Shown piece by piece: positions 56,398-64,000 of a stretch of 64,000 bases of DNA (positions within the stretch are counted from its first letter, which is position 1; every line of letters starts with the position of its first letter). Made by a program: the position numbers and the translations under genes. Location of the stretch: NCBI GenBank assembly GCA_031362565.1, contig JANLSU010000001.1, positions 1 to 64,000 on the forward strand. The letters are read 5' to 3'. This DNA comes from a bacterium. Lineage in GTDB: Bacteria > Krumholzibacteriota > Krumholzibacteriia > G020349025. The notes beneath the pieces were generated by a model. That model was given only the letters and a program-made list of their open reading frames with translations. It did not search any database and was not told the origin of the DNA.

Positions 56398-56410
56398 GGC
56401 GGCGAGGATA

Positions 56411-57157
56411 CTACGCCCGTGGCAACGCCGTCCAAGGGCCTCCCCCGAGCGTCCGCAAGAGGCGCTCGCTGTGCCGGGCGGTCGCAGCGTCGCCCGCGGC
56501 CCGGCGTGCCGCGATCTGCATCGCGAGGACATTCAGATCCTCGGGGCGGTCGACGTCGGTCCAAGCGTCGAGCACCGTGATAGTCCGCCCCAGCGCCGCG
56601 GCGCGGGCAGAGGTTGCGGCGAAGGTGTCGGCGGCGCTCCATGGAATGCCATCGAGGAGTCCCGGCACTGGGGTCCGGACCCCGATCGACCAGTACCCAC
56701 CGTCCGCGGCCGGGCCCAGGACGAGGTCGGCGGTGCTGAGCGCGACCAACCCGCGGCGGATCATCGCGGCGTCGAGCGCCGGGCTATCGGAACCCAGGAG
56801 CATCGCGGCTTCACCGCCGGAACAGAGCTGCGTGAACGCCGCCTCGATCCGGTCGCCCAGGCTCTCACCCGTCTGCCCGGCGAGCCGAATGCGGCTCCAG
56901 ATCGCCGCCTCGAGTCCGGCGCTCCGAAGCTGCGCCTGCACAAGGCCGGGCGTCTCGTGCCCGCGTGAGAGAAAAAGCACCGGACTCTCGGTGACCCGGC
57001 AGGCCGTCTCCAGGGTATCGGCAAGCGATGCCAGGTGGAAACGTTCGGCATCGGCGCGTGCGAGAGCCGGTTGCAGCCGCGTCTTCACCGCTTCGAGATC
57101 CGGAATCTTGGCGAACACACCGAGCATGGCTTCTTGCCGTTTGGTATCGGGCCGCAT
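56411..57157 (-). CDS. DUF2064/TIGR04282 family glycosyltransferase-like protein
   Basis: FAK.P..VKTRL, Q.G.SLGDRI, GSDSP, LGPAADGGYW, DVDRPEDL. Confidence 0.88.
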   Translation of the reverse strand: MRPDTKRQEAMLGVFAKIPDLEAVKTRLQPALARADAERFHLASLADTLETACRVTESPVLFLSRGHETPGLVQAQLRSAGLEAAIWSRIRLAGQTGESLGDRIEAAFTQLCSGGEAAMLLGSDSPALDAAMIRRGLVALSTADLVLGPAADGGYWSIGVRTPVPGLLDGIPWSAADTFAATSARAAALGRTITVLDAWTDVDRPEDLNVLAMQIAARRAAGDAATARHSERLLRTLGGGPWTALPRA

Positions 57158-57346
57158 CACGCCTCCGAGAGGCCAGTATCGCACGCGATCGCGGGCGGAA
57201 GGCTTGCGATGGGAACGGGAATAGAGTTCGCAACGGGAAGGTTCTAGCGGTAGGTCTGGCATCGAGGCCTCGAGCTGGCTACAATGGTTCTGTCTGGAGT
57301 TGGGCAGCCTGGGACTCGCATCGCTAGAGGTCTTCGGGGGAGGAGC

Positions 57347-57811
57347 ATGGCGCACCGGAATCGGATTTCAGTCTTGATCGTCACCGCCGTGTTGGCCGCT
57401 GCCACAGGCTGTTCGTCACCTTTTGGTGCTTCTGAATCGGCCAAACAGTCCACTCCGCCTCCGCCAACCGCAGTCGCCGGCATCGAAGTCCTCACCAACC
57501 AGGCGTTGGATTCAGATCCTGACTTCGCGGCCACCTGTCAAAGCGGCGCCATCGTACGCTTGAATGCGACAGGTTCGGTCGACCCCACGGGCCGCGGCCT
57601 TCAGTACCGCTGGCTCGATACCGTGGAAGGCGCGCCGACGTCCGATTTTGGGCCGGCCTTCCGCCCCTACGAGACCACGGATGTCGTCGCGGGCAACACC
57701 CTTGCGACCGTCGGCGCGCACGTGATCGAGCTGACCGTGACCGCCTCGAACGGCCGCAAGGCGCGCACCACGCTCCGGGTGCTCGTGATGCCCTGCGCGT
57801 GCGGCGGCTGA
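57347..57811 (+). CDS. Lipoprotein with PKD-like domain
   Basis: Lipobox ATGC; LNATGSVDP..LQYRW..IELTVT..G; AGGAG SD. Confidence 0.7.
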   Translation: MAHRNRISVLIVTAVLAAATGCSSPFGASESAKQSTPPPPTAVAGIEVLTNQALDSDPDFAATCQSGAIVRLNATGSVDPTGRGLQYRWLDTVEGAPTSDFGPAFRPYETTDVVAGNTLATVGAHVIELTVTASNGRKARTTLRVLVMPCACGG

Positions 57812-57930
57812 AACCGGCCCGGCACCCCACCCGCTTGCCACCCTTCCGGCGCGACTGATAAGGTCGCCGCACTGCCGCTCTCCAGGGGCACCTGAGAGGC
57901 GAACGCACTCCAGCCAGAAGGTCGCCGGCC

Positions 57931-59442
57931 ATGCCCGATTCCCAGGGTCCGCTGCCGCATACCTCGTCGAGTGGGTGGACGAACAGCAAGATCGCCGGCG
58001 AAGGCCTGAGCTTCGACGACGTTCTGCTGATCCCACGCCAGTCGGATGTGCATCCGCGCAATGTCGAGACCCGCACGTTCTTGGCGCGCGGCATCGAATT
58101 GAATGTGCCGATCACGAGTTCCGCCATGGACACGGTGAGCGAGGCGCGTCTCTGCGTGGCGCTGGCCCGCGAGGGCGGGCTCGGGTTCATTCACAAGTCG
58201 TTGTCACCCGCCGATCAGGCGGGCCAGGTGGATCTGGTGAAGCGCAGTGAATCGGGGATGATCTCCGATCCCGTGTCGCTGCCGCCCGATGCCACGGTCG
58301 AGCACGCGCTCGAATTGATGGCCAAGTTCCGCTTTTCGGGCGTGCCGATCGTCGAGGGACACAAGCTGGTCGGCATTCTGACCAACCGGGACTTGCGCTT
58401 CGTCGAGGACACGCGGGTTCCGGTGCGTGCCCTCATGACGCGCGACAATCTGGTGACGGCACCGGTCGGCACGACGCTCGAGGAAGCGCAGCGCATCCTG
58501 CACAAGCACCGGATCGAGAAGTTACCGATCGTCGACCGTGATTTCCGGCTCGTCGGACTCATCACGTTCAAGGACATTCAAAAGAAACTCGATTATCCGG
58601 CGGCGTGCAAGGATGGGCGCGGCCGCTTGCGGGTCGGCGCCGCGGTCGGCGTTGCCGCCGATACCGAAGAGCGGCTCGAACGCTTGGTGGCAGCCGGCGT
58701 CGATGTCATCGGGGTCGATTCGGCGCATGGCCACTCGACCAACGTGCTCGACCTCGTGCGTCGCATCAAACGCCAGTATCCGGATGTGCCGGTCGTGGCC
58801 GGTAATGTCGCGACGTTCGAAGCGGCGCGCGACCTGGTGCGCGCCGAAGCCGACGGCATCAAGGTCGGCATGGGTCCCGGTTCCATCTGCACGACGCGGG
58901 TCGTGGCCGGCATTGGTGTGCCGCAGATCACGGCGATCCTCGAATGCGCCCGCGCCGCCGCCGATGCGCGCGTGCCCATCGTGGCCGATGGCGGCATCCG
59001 CTACAGCGGCGACATCACGAAAGCCATCGCCGCGGGCGCCGACTGCGTCATGATCGGCGGCTTGTTCGCCGGCACCGAGGAGAGCCCTGGGGAAACAATC
59101 CTTTGGGAAGGCCGCACTTACAAACAGTATCGCGGCATGGGATCGCTCGGTGCCATGCAGTCCGGCAGCGGGGACCGCTATTTCCAAGGCGGCGAACCGC
59201 GGTCGAAGCTCGTGCCGGAAGGCATCGAAGGCCGCGTTCCCTACAAAGGCACCCTGCGCGAAATGGTGTTCCAGTTGGTGGGCGGGCTGCGCGCCGGCAT
59301 GGGCTATTGCGGTGTCGCCACTCTCGAACAACTGAAACGCGACACGCGGTTCTTGCGGGTCACGTCGGCAGGCGTCCGCGAAAGCCATCCGCACGATGTG
59401 GCGATTACCCAAGACGCGCCCAATTACCGCCAATCCACCTGA
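57931..59442 (+). CDS. guaB: IMP dehydrogenase
   Basis: [18 protein letters not shown] pair, [22 protein letters not shown]. Confidence 0.98.
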   Translation: MPDSQGPLPHTSSSGWTNSKIAGEGLSFDDVLLIPRQSDVHPRNVETRTFLARGIELNVPITSSAMDTVSEARLCVALAREGGLGFIHKSLSPADQAGQVDLVKRSESGMISDPVSLPPDATVEHALELMAKFRFSGVPIVEGHKLVGILTNRDLRFVEDTRVPVRALMTRDNLVTAPVGTTLEEAQRILHKHRIEKLPIVDRDFRLVGLITFKDIQKKLDYPAACKDGRGRLRVGAAVGVAADTEERLERLVAAGVDVIGVDSAHGHSTNVLDLVRRIKRQYPDVPVVAGNVATFEAARDLVRAEADGIKVGMGPGSICTTRVVAGIGVPQITAILECARAAADARVPIVADGGIRYSGDITKAIAAGADCVMIGGLFAGTEESPGETILWEGRTYKQYRGMGSLGAMQSGSGDRYFQGGEPRSKLVPEGIEGRVPYKGTLREMVFQLVGGLRAGMGYCGVATLEQLKRDTRFLRVTSAGVRESHPHDVAITQDAPNYRQST

Positions 59443-59450
59443 GGCCCAGC

Positions 59451-59876
59451 GTGTCGACTCTGCGCGTGCGGTTGCGACAACTGGGTGCCTGCCGCGTCGA
59501 GCACGTGGAGTCCGGCGCGGTGTTGGACACCGACCTGCCGCCTGAATTCGGCGGCGCCGGCACCGCCTTTTCGGCCACCGATCTGCTGGCCGCCGCACTC
59601 GGCACTTGCATCGCCACCAGCATCGATACGGTAGCGGTACGGCACGGGATTCCGCTCGAAGCGATCACCGTGCACGTCGACAAGACACTCGGCACCGAAC
59701 CGAAGCGCATCCAAGAGCTGCGGGTGACGATCGCCGTCGCAGTGGTGCTCGATCCGGCGATTGCGCTCCGCCTCGAGCGGGCGGCGGCGGCTTGCACCGT
59801 GCACCACAGTTTGCATCCGGATGTCGCCGTGCCGGTGACCGTCGTCAGCGGCGCTGCCGCCGCTGGGATGGCTTGA
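59451..59876 (+). CDS. OsmC family protein
   Basis: TDLP..GG.G..FSATDLLAAALGTC, ACTVHHSL. Confidence 0.9.
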   Translation: MSTLRVRLRQLGACRVEHVESGAVLDTDLPPEFGGAGTAFSATDLLAAALGTCIATSIDTVAVRHGIPLEAITVHVDKTLGTEPKRIQELRVTIAVAVVLDPAIALRLERAAAACTVHHSLHPDVAVPVTVVSGAAAAGMA

Positions 59877-59877
59877 G

Positions 59878-61008
59878 GTGGCGAGGCCGCGCCGGCTTCG
59901 CGTTGCTGCCGTCGAGCCGTACTTCGGCGGGTCGCATGCACATTTCCTCCGCGATCTGCAGCGCTTTAGCACGGCGCGCATCGAACTCTTCACGCTGCCG
60001 GCGCGGCATTGGAAGTGGCGCGTCCGCGGCGCCGCGCTCGGTTTGGCACCGGCGCTCGCCGCCGCCCAAAAGCGCGGCTTCGACGTGCTCCTGTGTTCCG
60101 ATTTCGTCAACGTTGCGGACCTCAGGGCGTTGCTCCCGCCGGCGCTACGCGCGGTACCGGTGTTGTACTACTTGCACGAGAATCAATTGACCTACCCGCT
60201 CTCGCCGGCCGAGGACTTCGACCCGTACTTTGGTTTTACGAACGTGCTGTCGTGCTTGTCGGCCGAAGCGGTGGCGTTCAACTCGGACTTCCATCGCCGT
60301 GAGTTCCTGGCTCGGTTGCCCAAGTTCTTGCCGCGCTTGCCCGACTACGATCGCCAGGCCGTGGTCGAAACGATTGCCGCCAAGGCCGAAGTGCTGCCGG
60401 TGGGGCTCGACGTGGCGGAAATTACCGCCCATGCGCCGCCGGTGCACAATGCCGTGCCGCGCATTCTCTGGAACCACCGATGGGAGTTCGACAAGCAGCC
60501 GGAAGTGTTCTTTGCGGCGCTCGAAGTGCTGGCGTCCGAGGCCGTGCCGTTCATCGTCGACGTGCTCGGGGAGTCCTTCGCGCGCCGCCCGCCGGTCTTC
60601 GACACGATTCAAGCCCGGTTGGGCGAGCGGGTCGGGCATTTCGGGACGGTGACGTCACGGGAGGAGTACCTGCGCTGGGCCGGCCGGGCGGACATCGTCG
60701 TGTCGACCGCGCAGCAGGAGTTTTTCGGCATCTCGATGGCCGAGGCGGTGCTCTGTGGGGCGCACGCGATCGCGCCGCGCCGGCTCGTGTACACGGACCT
60801 CTATGGCGGGCCGTGTGCGCGCCTCCATCTGTACCGGGACGAGGCAGAACTGGTTCGCCTGCTGCGGCGCGAACTCAGCGCACCAAAATTACACAATTGT
60901 AATCTTGCCGCCCGCTATCGCGCCTTCGACTGGCGACACGTGGCGCCGCTCTTCGATGCCCGTTTCAAGGCGCTGGCTGCCGGGCGGAGCCGCGCCGGGA
61001 CTGCGTGA
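59878..61008 (+). CDS. DUF3524/GTDC1 (QTMAN-like) glycosyltransferase
   Basis: EPYFGGSH, LPARHWKWR.RG, YLHENQLTYP, FNSDFH, LWNHRWEFDK.P, STA.QEFFG. Confidence 0.88.
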   Translation: MARPRRLRVAAVEPYFGGSHAHFLRDLQRFSTARIELFTLPARHWKWRVRGAALGLAPALAAAQKRGFDVLLCSDFVNVADLRALLPPALRAVPVLYYLHENQLTYPLSPAEDFDPYFGFTNVLSCLSAEAVAFNSDFHRREFLARLPKFLPRLPDYDRQAVVETIAAKAEVLPVGLDVAEITAHAPPVHNAVPRILWNHRWEFDKQPEVFFAALEVLASEAVPFIVDVLGESFARRPPVFDTIQARLGERVGHFGTVTSREEYLRWAGRADIVVSTAQQEFFGISMAEAVLCGAHAIAPRRLVYTDLYGGPCARLHLYRDEAELVRLLRRELSAPKLHNCNLAARYRAFDWRHVAPLFDARFKALAAGRSRAGTA

Positions 61009-61017
61009 GCTTCCCGG

Positions 61018-61043
61018 CCATCCGATGTACTGTTCGGTCCGTA
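61018..61043 (+). promoter_or_regulatory. ECF sigma promoter (SigK-like)
   Basis: CCATCC-N15-CCGTA upstream of the DUF4331 genes. Confidence 0.6.
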
Positions 61044-61134
61044 GTGGAGATGGGTCGTAGCCGGGGCCTTGTCTCATTGGCGTCGAGTCCCGCCGGGACG
61101 TCCCACAGACCGTACAGGCAATCCTACGGAGGCC

Positions 61135-61803
61135 ATGATGAAGAGGAAGCACTTGTTCGCGATCGGCATGGCGCTGGTCGCATCCGCCGCGGGTCCCACG
61201 GCGTGGGCCGCGGACCACAAAGACTCGGCGGCGGTGGAACGTGACCCGGCGACCGACATCGCGGATGTCTATGCCTTCCGTCGCGGCGACAACCTCGTGG
61301 TGGCGATGACCGTCCAGAGTTTGTTGGTCTCGGGCAACGCCACGGATCTTTTCAATCCGCGCGCCAAGTATCAGATCTTCGTCGACAACACGCCCGCCGA
61401 CGCGCTGGCGCCGAACGCGACGATCACGGTGACGTTTTCGGGCAGCGCCCCGCAGCAGTTCAAGGTCGAGGGCCTCACGTCGACCCCGATCGTGGGACCC
61501 TGCAGCGGCTTCAGCAACGCCGCAACGCCGGCCGTCACGACGAGCGGCGCCGTCAGTGTGTTCGCCGGCCCGCGCGACGATCCGTTCTATTTCGACCTGG
61601 CGGGATTCCGTGAGTTCATCGCCGGAACGTATGTGCCGGCCTCCGGCCTGCGCAGCAATTCGACTGGCCTGGCGCGCAACACGTTCGCCGGACTGAACGT
61701 CGCGGCAATCGTCATCGAGCTGCCTATCATTGCCGTAACCGGTCAAGCGACTCCGAACACCGGCGTCATCCGCGCCTGGGGCGCGACATCCGTTCTCGAA
61801 TGA
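61135..61803 (+). CDS. DUF4331 family protein (N-terminal type)
   Basis: Signal peptide + AADHKD..DIADVYAF, FAGPRDDPFYFD, NTFAGLNVAAIVIE. Confidence 0.88.
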   Translation: MMKRKHLFAIGMALVASAAGPTAWAADHKDSAAVERDPATDIADVYAFRRGDNLVVAMTVQSLLVSGNATDLFNPRAKYQIFVDNTPADALAPNATITVTFSGSAPQQFKVEGLTSTPIVGPCSGFSNAATPAVTTSGAVSVFAGPRDDPFYFDLAGFREFIAGTYVPASGLRSNSTGLARNTFAGLNVAAIVIELPIIAVTGQATPNTGVIRAWGATSVLE

Positions 61804-61847
61804 TCCGGGCATCCATTGAACAGTGCGCGCCGCCTTTGCGGCGCCCG

Positions 61848-62381
61848 ATGAAAGGAAATCCAGTGAAGCAGGTGTCCAAGATTGTGGGCGTGGTGATCCT
61901 GGCTGTAGTCGCTCAAAGCGGTTGCAACAACGATGACTCGACGAGCCCAACGACCGGTAACTACGTGCAAGTGGATCGCATGGCGATCCCGGCGTTGAAC
62001 ACGGCGCTGATTCCTTCGGCGCAGAAGGAATCGTTCAATCGCTCGAACCCTTCCGGCGACGCTGTCACTTTCAAGGCAGCGGTCATCAGTTCGATTACGG
62101 CGCTGCGGGCGAACGTCGCGACCCGCGGGTTGGGCCCCGAGACCGGCACCCTGACGCCGGCGCAACTCGCGGACGTCATCATCCCCGACGTCGTGACGAT
62201 CGACTTTGCGTCGGCCGTCAACTTTCCGAACGGCCGGGACCCGGACGATGACGTGATCGACGGGGTTCTGAGCCTGGTGCTGAACCGCGCCGTTGGCGAC
62301 GGCATCGTCTCGGACAACACGATCCTGGCGACGTTCCCGTACCTCGGCGTACCCAACAAGTTGCCGAAGCCGGGGATCTGA
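61848..62381 (+). CDS. DUF4331 family lipoprotein (C-terminal type)
   Basis: Lipobox QSGC; QVDRMAIPALNT, PDV..D..FPNGR..DDVID, FPYLG.P. Confidence 0.85.
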   Translation: MKGNPVKQVSKIVGVVILAVVAQSGCNNDDSTSPTTGNYVQVDRMAIPALNTALIPSAQKESFNRSNPSGDAVTFKAAVISSITALRANVATRGLGPETGTLTPAQLADVIIPDVVTIDFASAVNFPNGRDPDDDVIDGVLSLVLNRAVGDGIVSDNTILATFPYLGVPNKLPKPGI

Positions 62382-62395
62382 TCACCGGCGCACCC

Positions 62396-62439
62396 CGCGC
62401 CCGGGAGCCTCTCCCCTGAAGGCTCCCGGGCGCGTCTTT
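62396..62439. terminator. Hairpin between convergent genes
   Basis: 15-bp perfect inverted repeat cgcgcccgggagcct/aggctcccgggcgcg followed by tcttt. Confidence 0.7.
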
Positions 62440-63317
62440 CACCGCCGGCGCGCGCCACGCACGCGTGCAAACGTGAACGATGCCCACAGACTCTGCCAGT
62501 CCGCCTGGGCTCGATCCTCACTCGGCACCATGTGCACCACGTTGATGAGCCATTCGCCGTCGCGACCGACATCGAGCGTCACGCGTCCATCGCGCGCCGT
62601 GCGCTGTTGCTCGACCGGCGCGACCGAGTCGCGCGCCGCCGCGTCGAAAGGTTGCGCCGCGTTGGCGAGTTCGCGGTTCCAAGTGCGCACCAAGACGTTG
62701 GGCAGCGGCCGCCCCACGTAGAGCACCTGCACGGTCAAGCGCCGGCCGCGCACCGGATCCGCGAGCGGCAGGATCTCGATCGGCAGGCCCTGGGGAACGC
62801 TGGCTCGCTGCACCTGGTCCCCCGCGACCCAGGTCTTCGCGAAGCGCGCGTAACGTTCACGCCCCGGGCCCGCCCGCTCACCCAACGCGCGCCGCGCCGC
62901 AAGCGGCGCATCGAGGCCTTCGTTGGCCAAATACGCATCGAATCGCGCCGCCGGCAACTCGATCAAAGTGAAGTTCGACTGATAGGTGAGTAATTGCCCA
63001 CCTTGATCAGGTGGGATATAGAGCGCCCAACGCAGCTCGCCGTTCGTGACCGCCTTCATGAGGTCAACAGACTTCGCACCCTGCATCCCAAAGCGCACCG
63101 TCCGCGTCACCGCAAACGGTTTCACCTCACCTCGAAATCCACTCCCAATAAACGCCCGAATCGTCACCGTATCATGCAGCGCCGGCCGGTAGTTCGAAGG
63201 CGCCAACCAAAACTCATGCCCCCAAGCGACACTCGCAAAAAACAGCACCCCCAGCGCGATTGCGGCGCCACTCTTCTGCATCGCGCTCCCGAGAAGTTGT
63301 CGCCGCGTCATGACCAC
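62439..63317 (-). CDS. DUF4198 family protein
   Basis: Signal + HEFWL.P, FDAYLANEGL, ERYARFAKT, IEILPLADP, HMVP..ADWQSLWASFTF. Confidence 0.88.
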   Translation of the reverse strand: MVMTRRQLLGSAMQKSGAAIALGVLFFASVAWGHEFWLAPSNYRPALHDTVTIRAFIGSGFRGEVKPFAVTRTVRFGMQGAKSVDLMKAVTNGELRWALYIPPDQGGQLLTYQSNFTLIELPAARFDAYLANEGLDAPLAARRALGERAGPGRERYARFAKTWVAGDQVQRASVPQGLPIEILPLADPVRGRRLTVQVLYVGRPLPNVLVRTWNRELANAAQPFDAAARDSVAPVEQQRTARDGRVTLDVGRDGEWLINVVHMVPSEDRAQADWQSLWASFTFARVRGARRR

Positions 63318-63374
63318 TCGGCGAAGGTGAGAACGACGGCGCTCGTGCGCCAGCGCTGAACACTGACTCTCATC

Positions 63375-63893
63375 CTACCACTGATCGGCCGGAGCGCCCG
63401 GCGCGTACAACGCGGTATTGGACGACGGACGCCACGTAAACTCTCCATGCGCCTCAAGATCTCCAAATGTGGCAACTATCGTGTACAAGCCGGGTGGCGT
63501 AAAATGGAGTGTTGGGGGCACGTGATCGTAGTTGTAGATTCGACCGTCGAAGTTGAAATCTCCAACCGCAGCCTCAGCGGGGTCTAGGGTCCCACAGCAG
63601 AAATCCGGGCAGCCGGGATGAGGCACCCCGTTGTCGAACCACGTTCCATCGGGATTTTTCACGCCCACGAAGACAACCCCGTACAAACACGATACCGGGT
63701 GCCGGACACCCATCTGTCCAATATTCAAGACCCGCCCTGTCGCAGCGATCGTATCGCCGGGACCTCCCGTAGTGGCGTCTTGGCTCAAGGTGAGTTGCAA
63801 CCTCGATTCCACTGGTCGTTCTGCATCATCCCAGCAACCGAGGGCCAGCAGGGCGAGCAACCCCGCAGCAAGGGGCAACCGTCTCATGACCAC
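63375..63893 (-). CDS. Hypothetical Cys-containing lipoprotein
   Basis: Lipobox LALGC; Ig-like strands; PGCPDFCC; lower GC. Confidence 0.55.
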   Translation of the reverse strand: MVMRRLPLAAGLLALLALGCWDDAERPVESRLQLTLSQDATTGGPGDTIAATGRVLNIGQMGVRHPVSCLYGVVFVGVKNPDGTWFDNGVPHPGCPDFCCGTLDPAEAAVGDFNFDGRIYNYDHVPPTLHFTPPGLYTIVATFGDLEAHGEFTWRPSSNTALYAPGAPADQW

Positions 63894-64000
63894 ACCTTCT
63901 GACGTCTGACGACCTAGCGTGCACGCACGGGCCCGGCGCGTGCACCGCGGTGTTAGTTCCTAAACATCGACTTGACGGCGGACCAAGCGACCTGGTGCGT

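Noticed and set aside
57835..57930. Hairpin in the guaB leader as a purine or ZTP riboswitch
   Set aside because: Only one stem (cgctctccagg/cctgagaggcg); none of the conserved aptamer nucleotides were recognised.
63308..63373. 21-aa minus-strand mini-ORF between the lipoprotein and DUF4198 genes
   Set aside because: Too short to support without conservation or ribosome data.
1..64000. CRISPR arrays, tRNA/rRNA, IS elements, integrases, prophage, retron or RT genes
   Set aside because: No regularly spaced repeats, cloverleafs or diagnostic protein motifs were seen on manual reading. Short or diverged elements could have been missed.

Overview
GC-rich bacterial chromosomal window with about 55 genes. 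No rRNA, tRNA, CRISPR array, transposase, integrase or phage gene was recognised. FlgD-type Ig tails, C-terminal 'xW(S/T)xVKxL(Y/F)(R/K)' peptides and a long SLBB export protein suggest an FCB-group candidate phylum such as Latescibacterota, Krumholzibacteriota or Eisenbacteria (inference). Recognisable content: thyA-folA-erpA, an OmpR-family two-component pair, PerR/Fur-ahpC-ahpD, a uridine phosphorylase-like enzyme, an OPA-family MFS transporter, NHEJ genes (ligD divergent from ku, followed by a MerR-HTH/TPR gene), a PLP decarboxylase, queG, moaA, an SCP2-type thiolase, dinB, a Wzx/Wzy polysaccharide locus, DUF72-TonB receptor-MATE-GNAT, guaB-osmC-GTDC1/QTMAN-like glycosyltransferase, split DUF4331 genes, and many secreted or lipoprotein hypotheticals. 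Best leads: (1) a shared short C-terminal motif on two unrelated secreted proteins, a candidate lineage-specific sorting signal; (2) a bacterial homolog of the animal queuosine-tRNA mannosyltransferase behind guaB; (3) a MerR-TPR gene downstream of ku; (4) readable regulatory sites: several probably leaderless genes, PerR-like boxes, a LexA-like palindrome before dinB, three sigma54 promoters and a SigK-like ECF promoter. All calls come from reading motifs by eye; no database searches were run, and start codons are best guesses.
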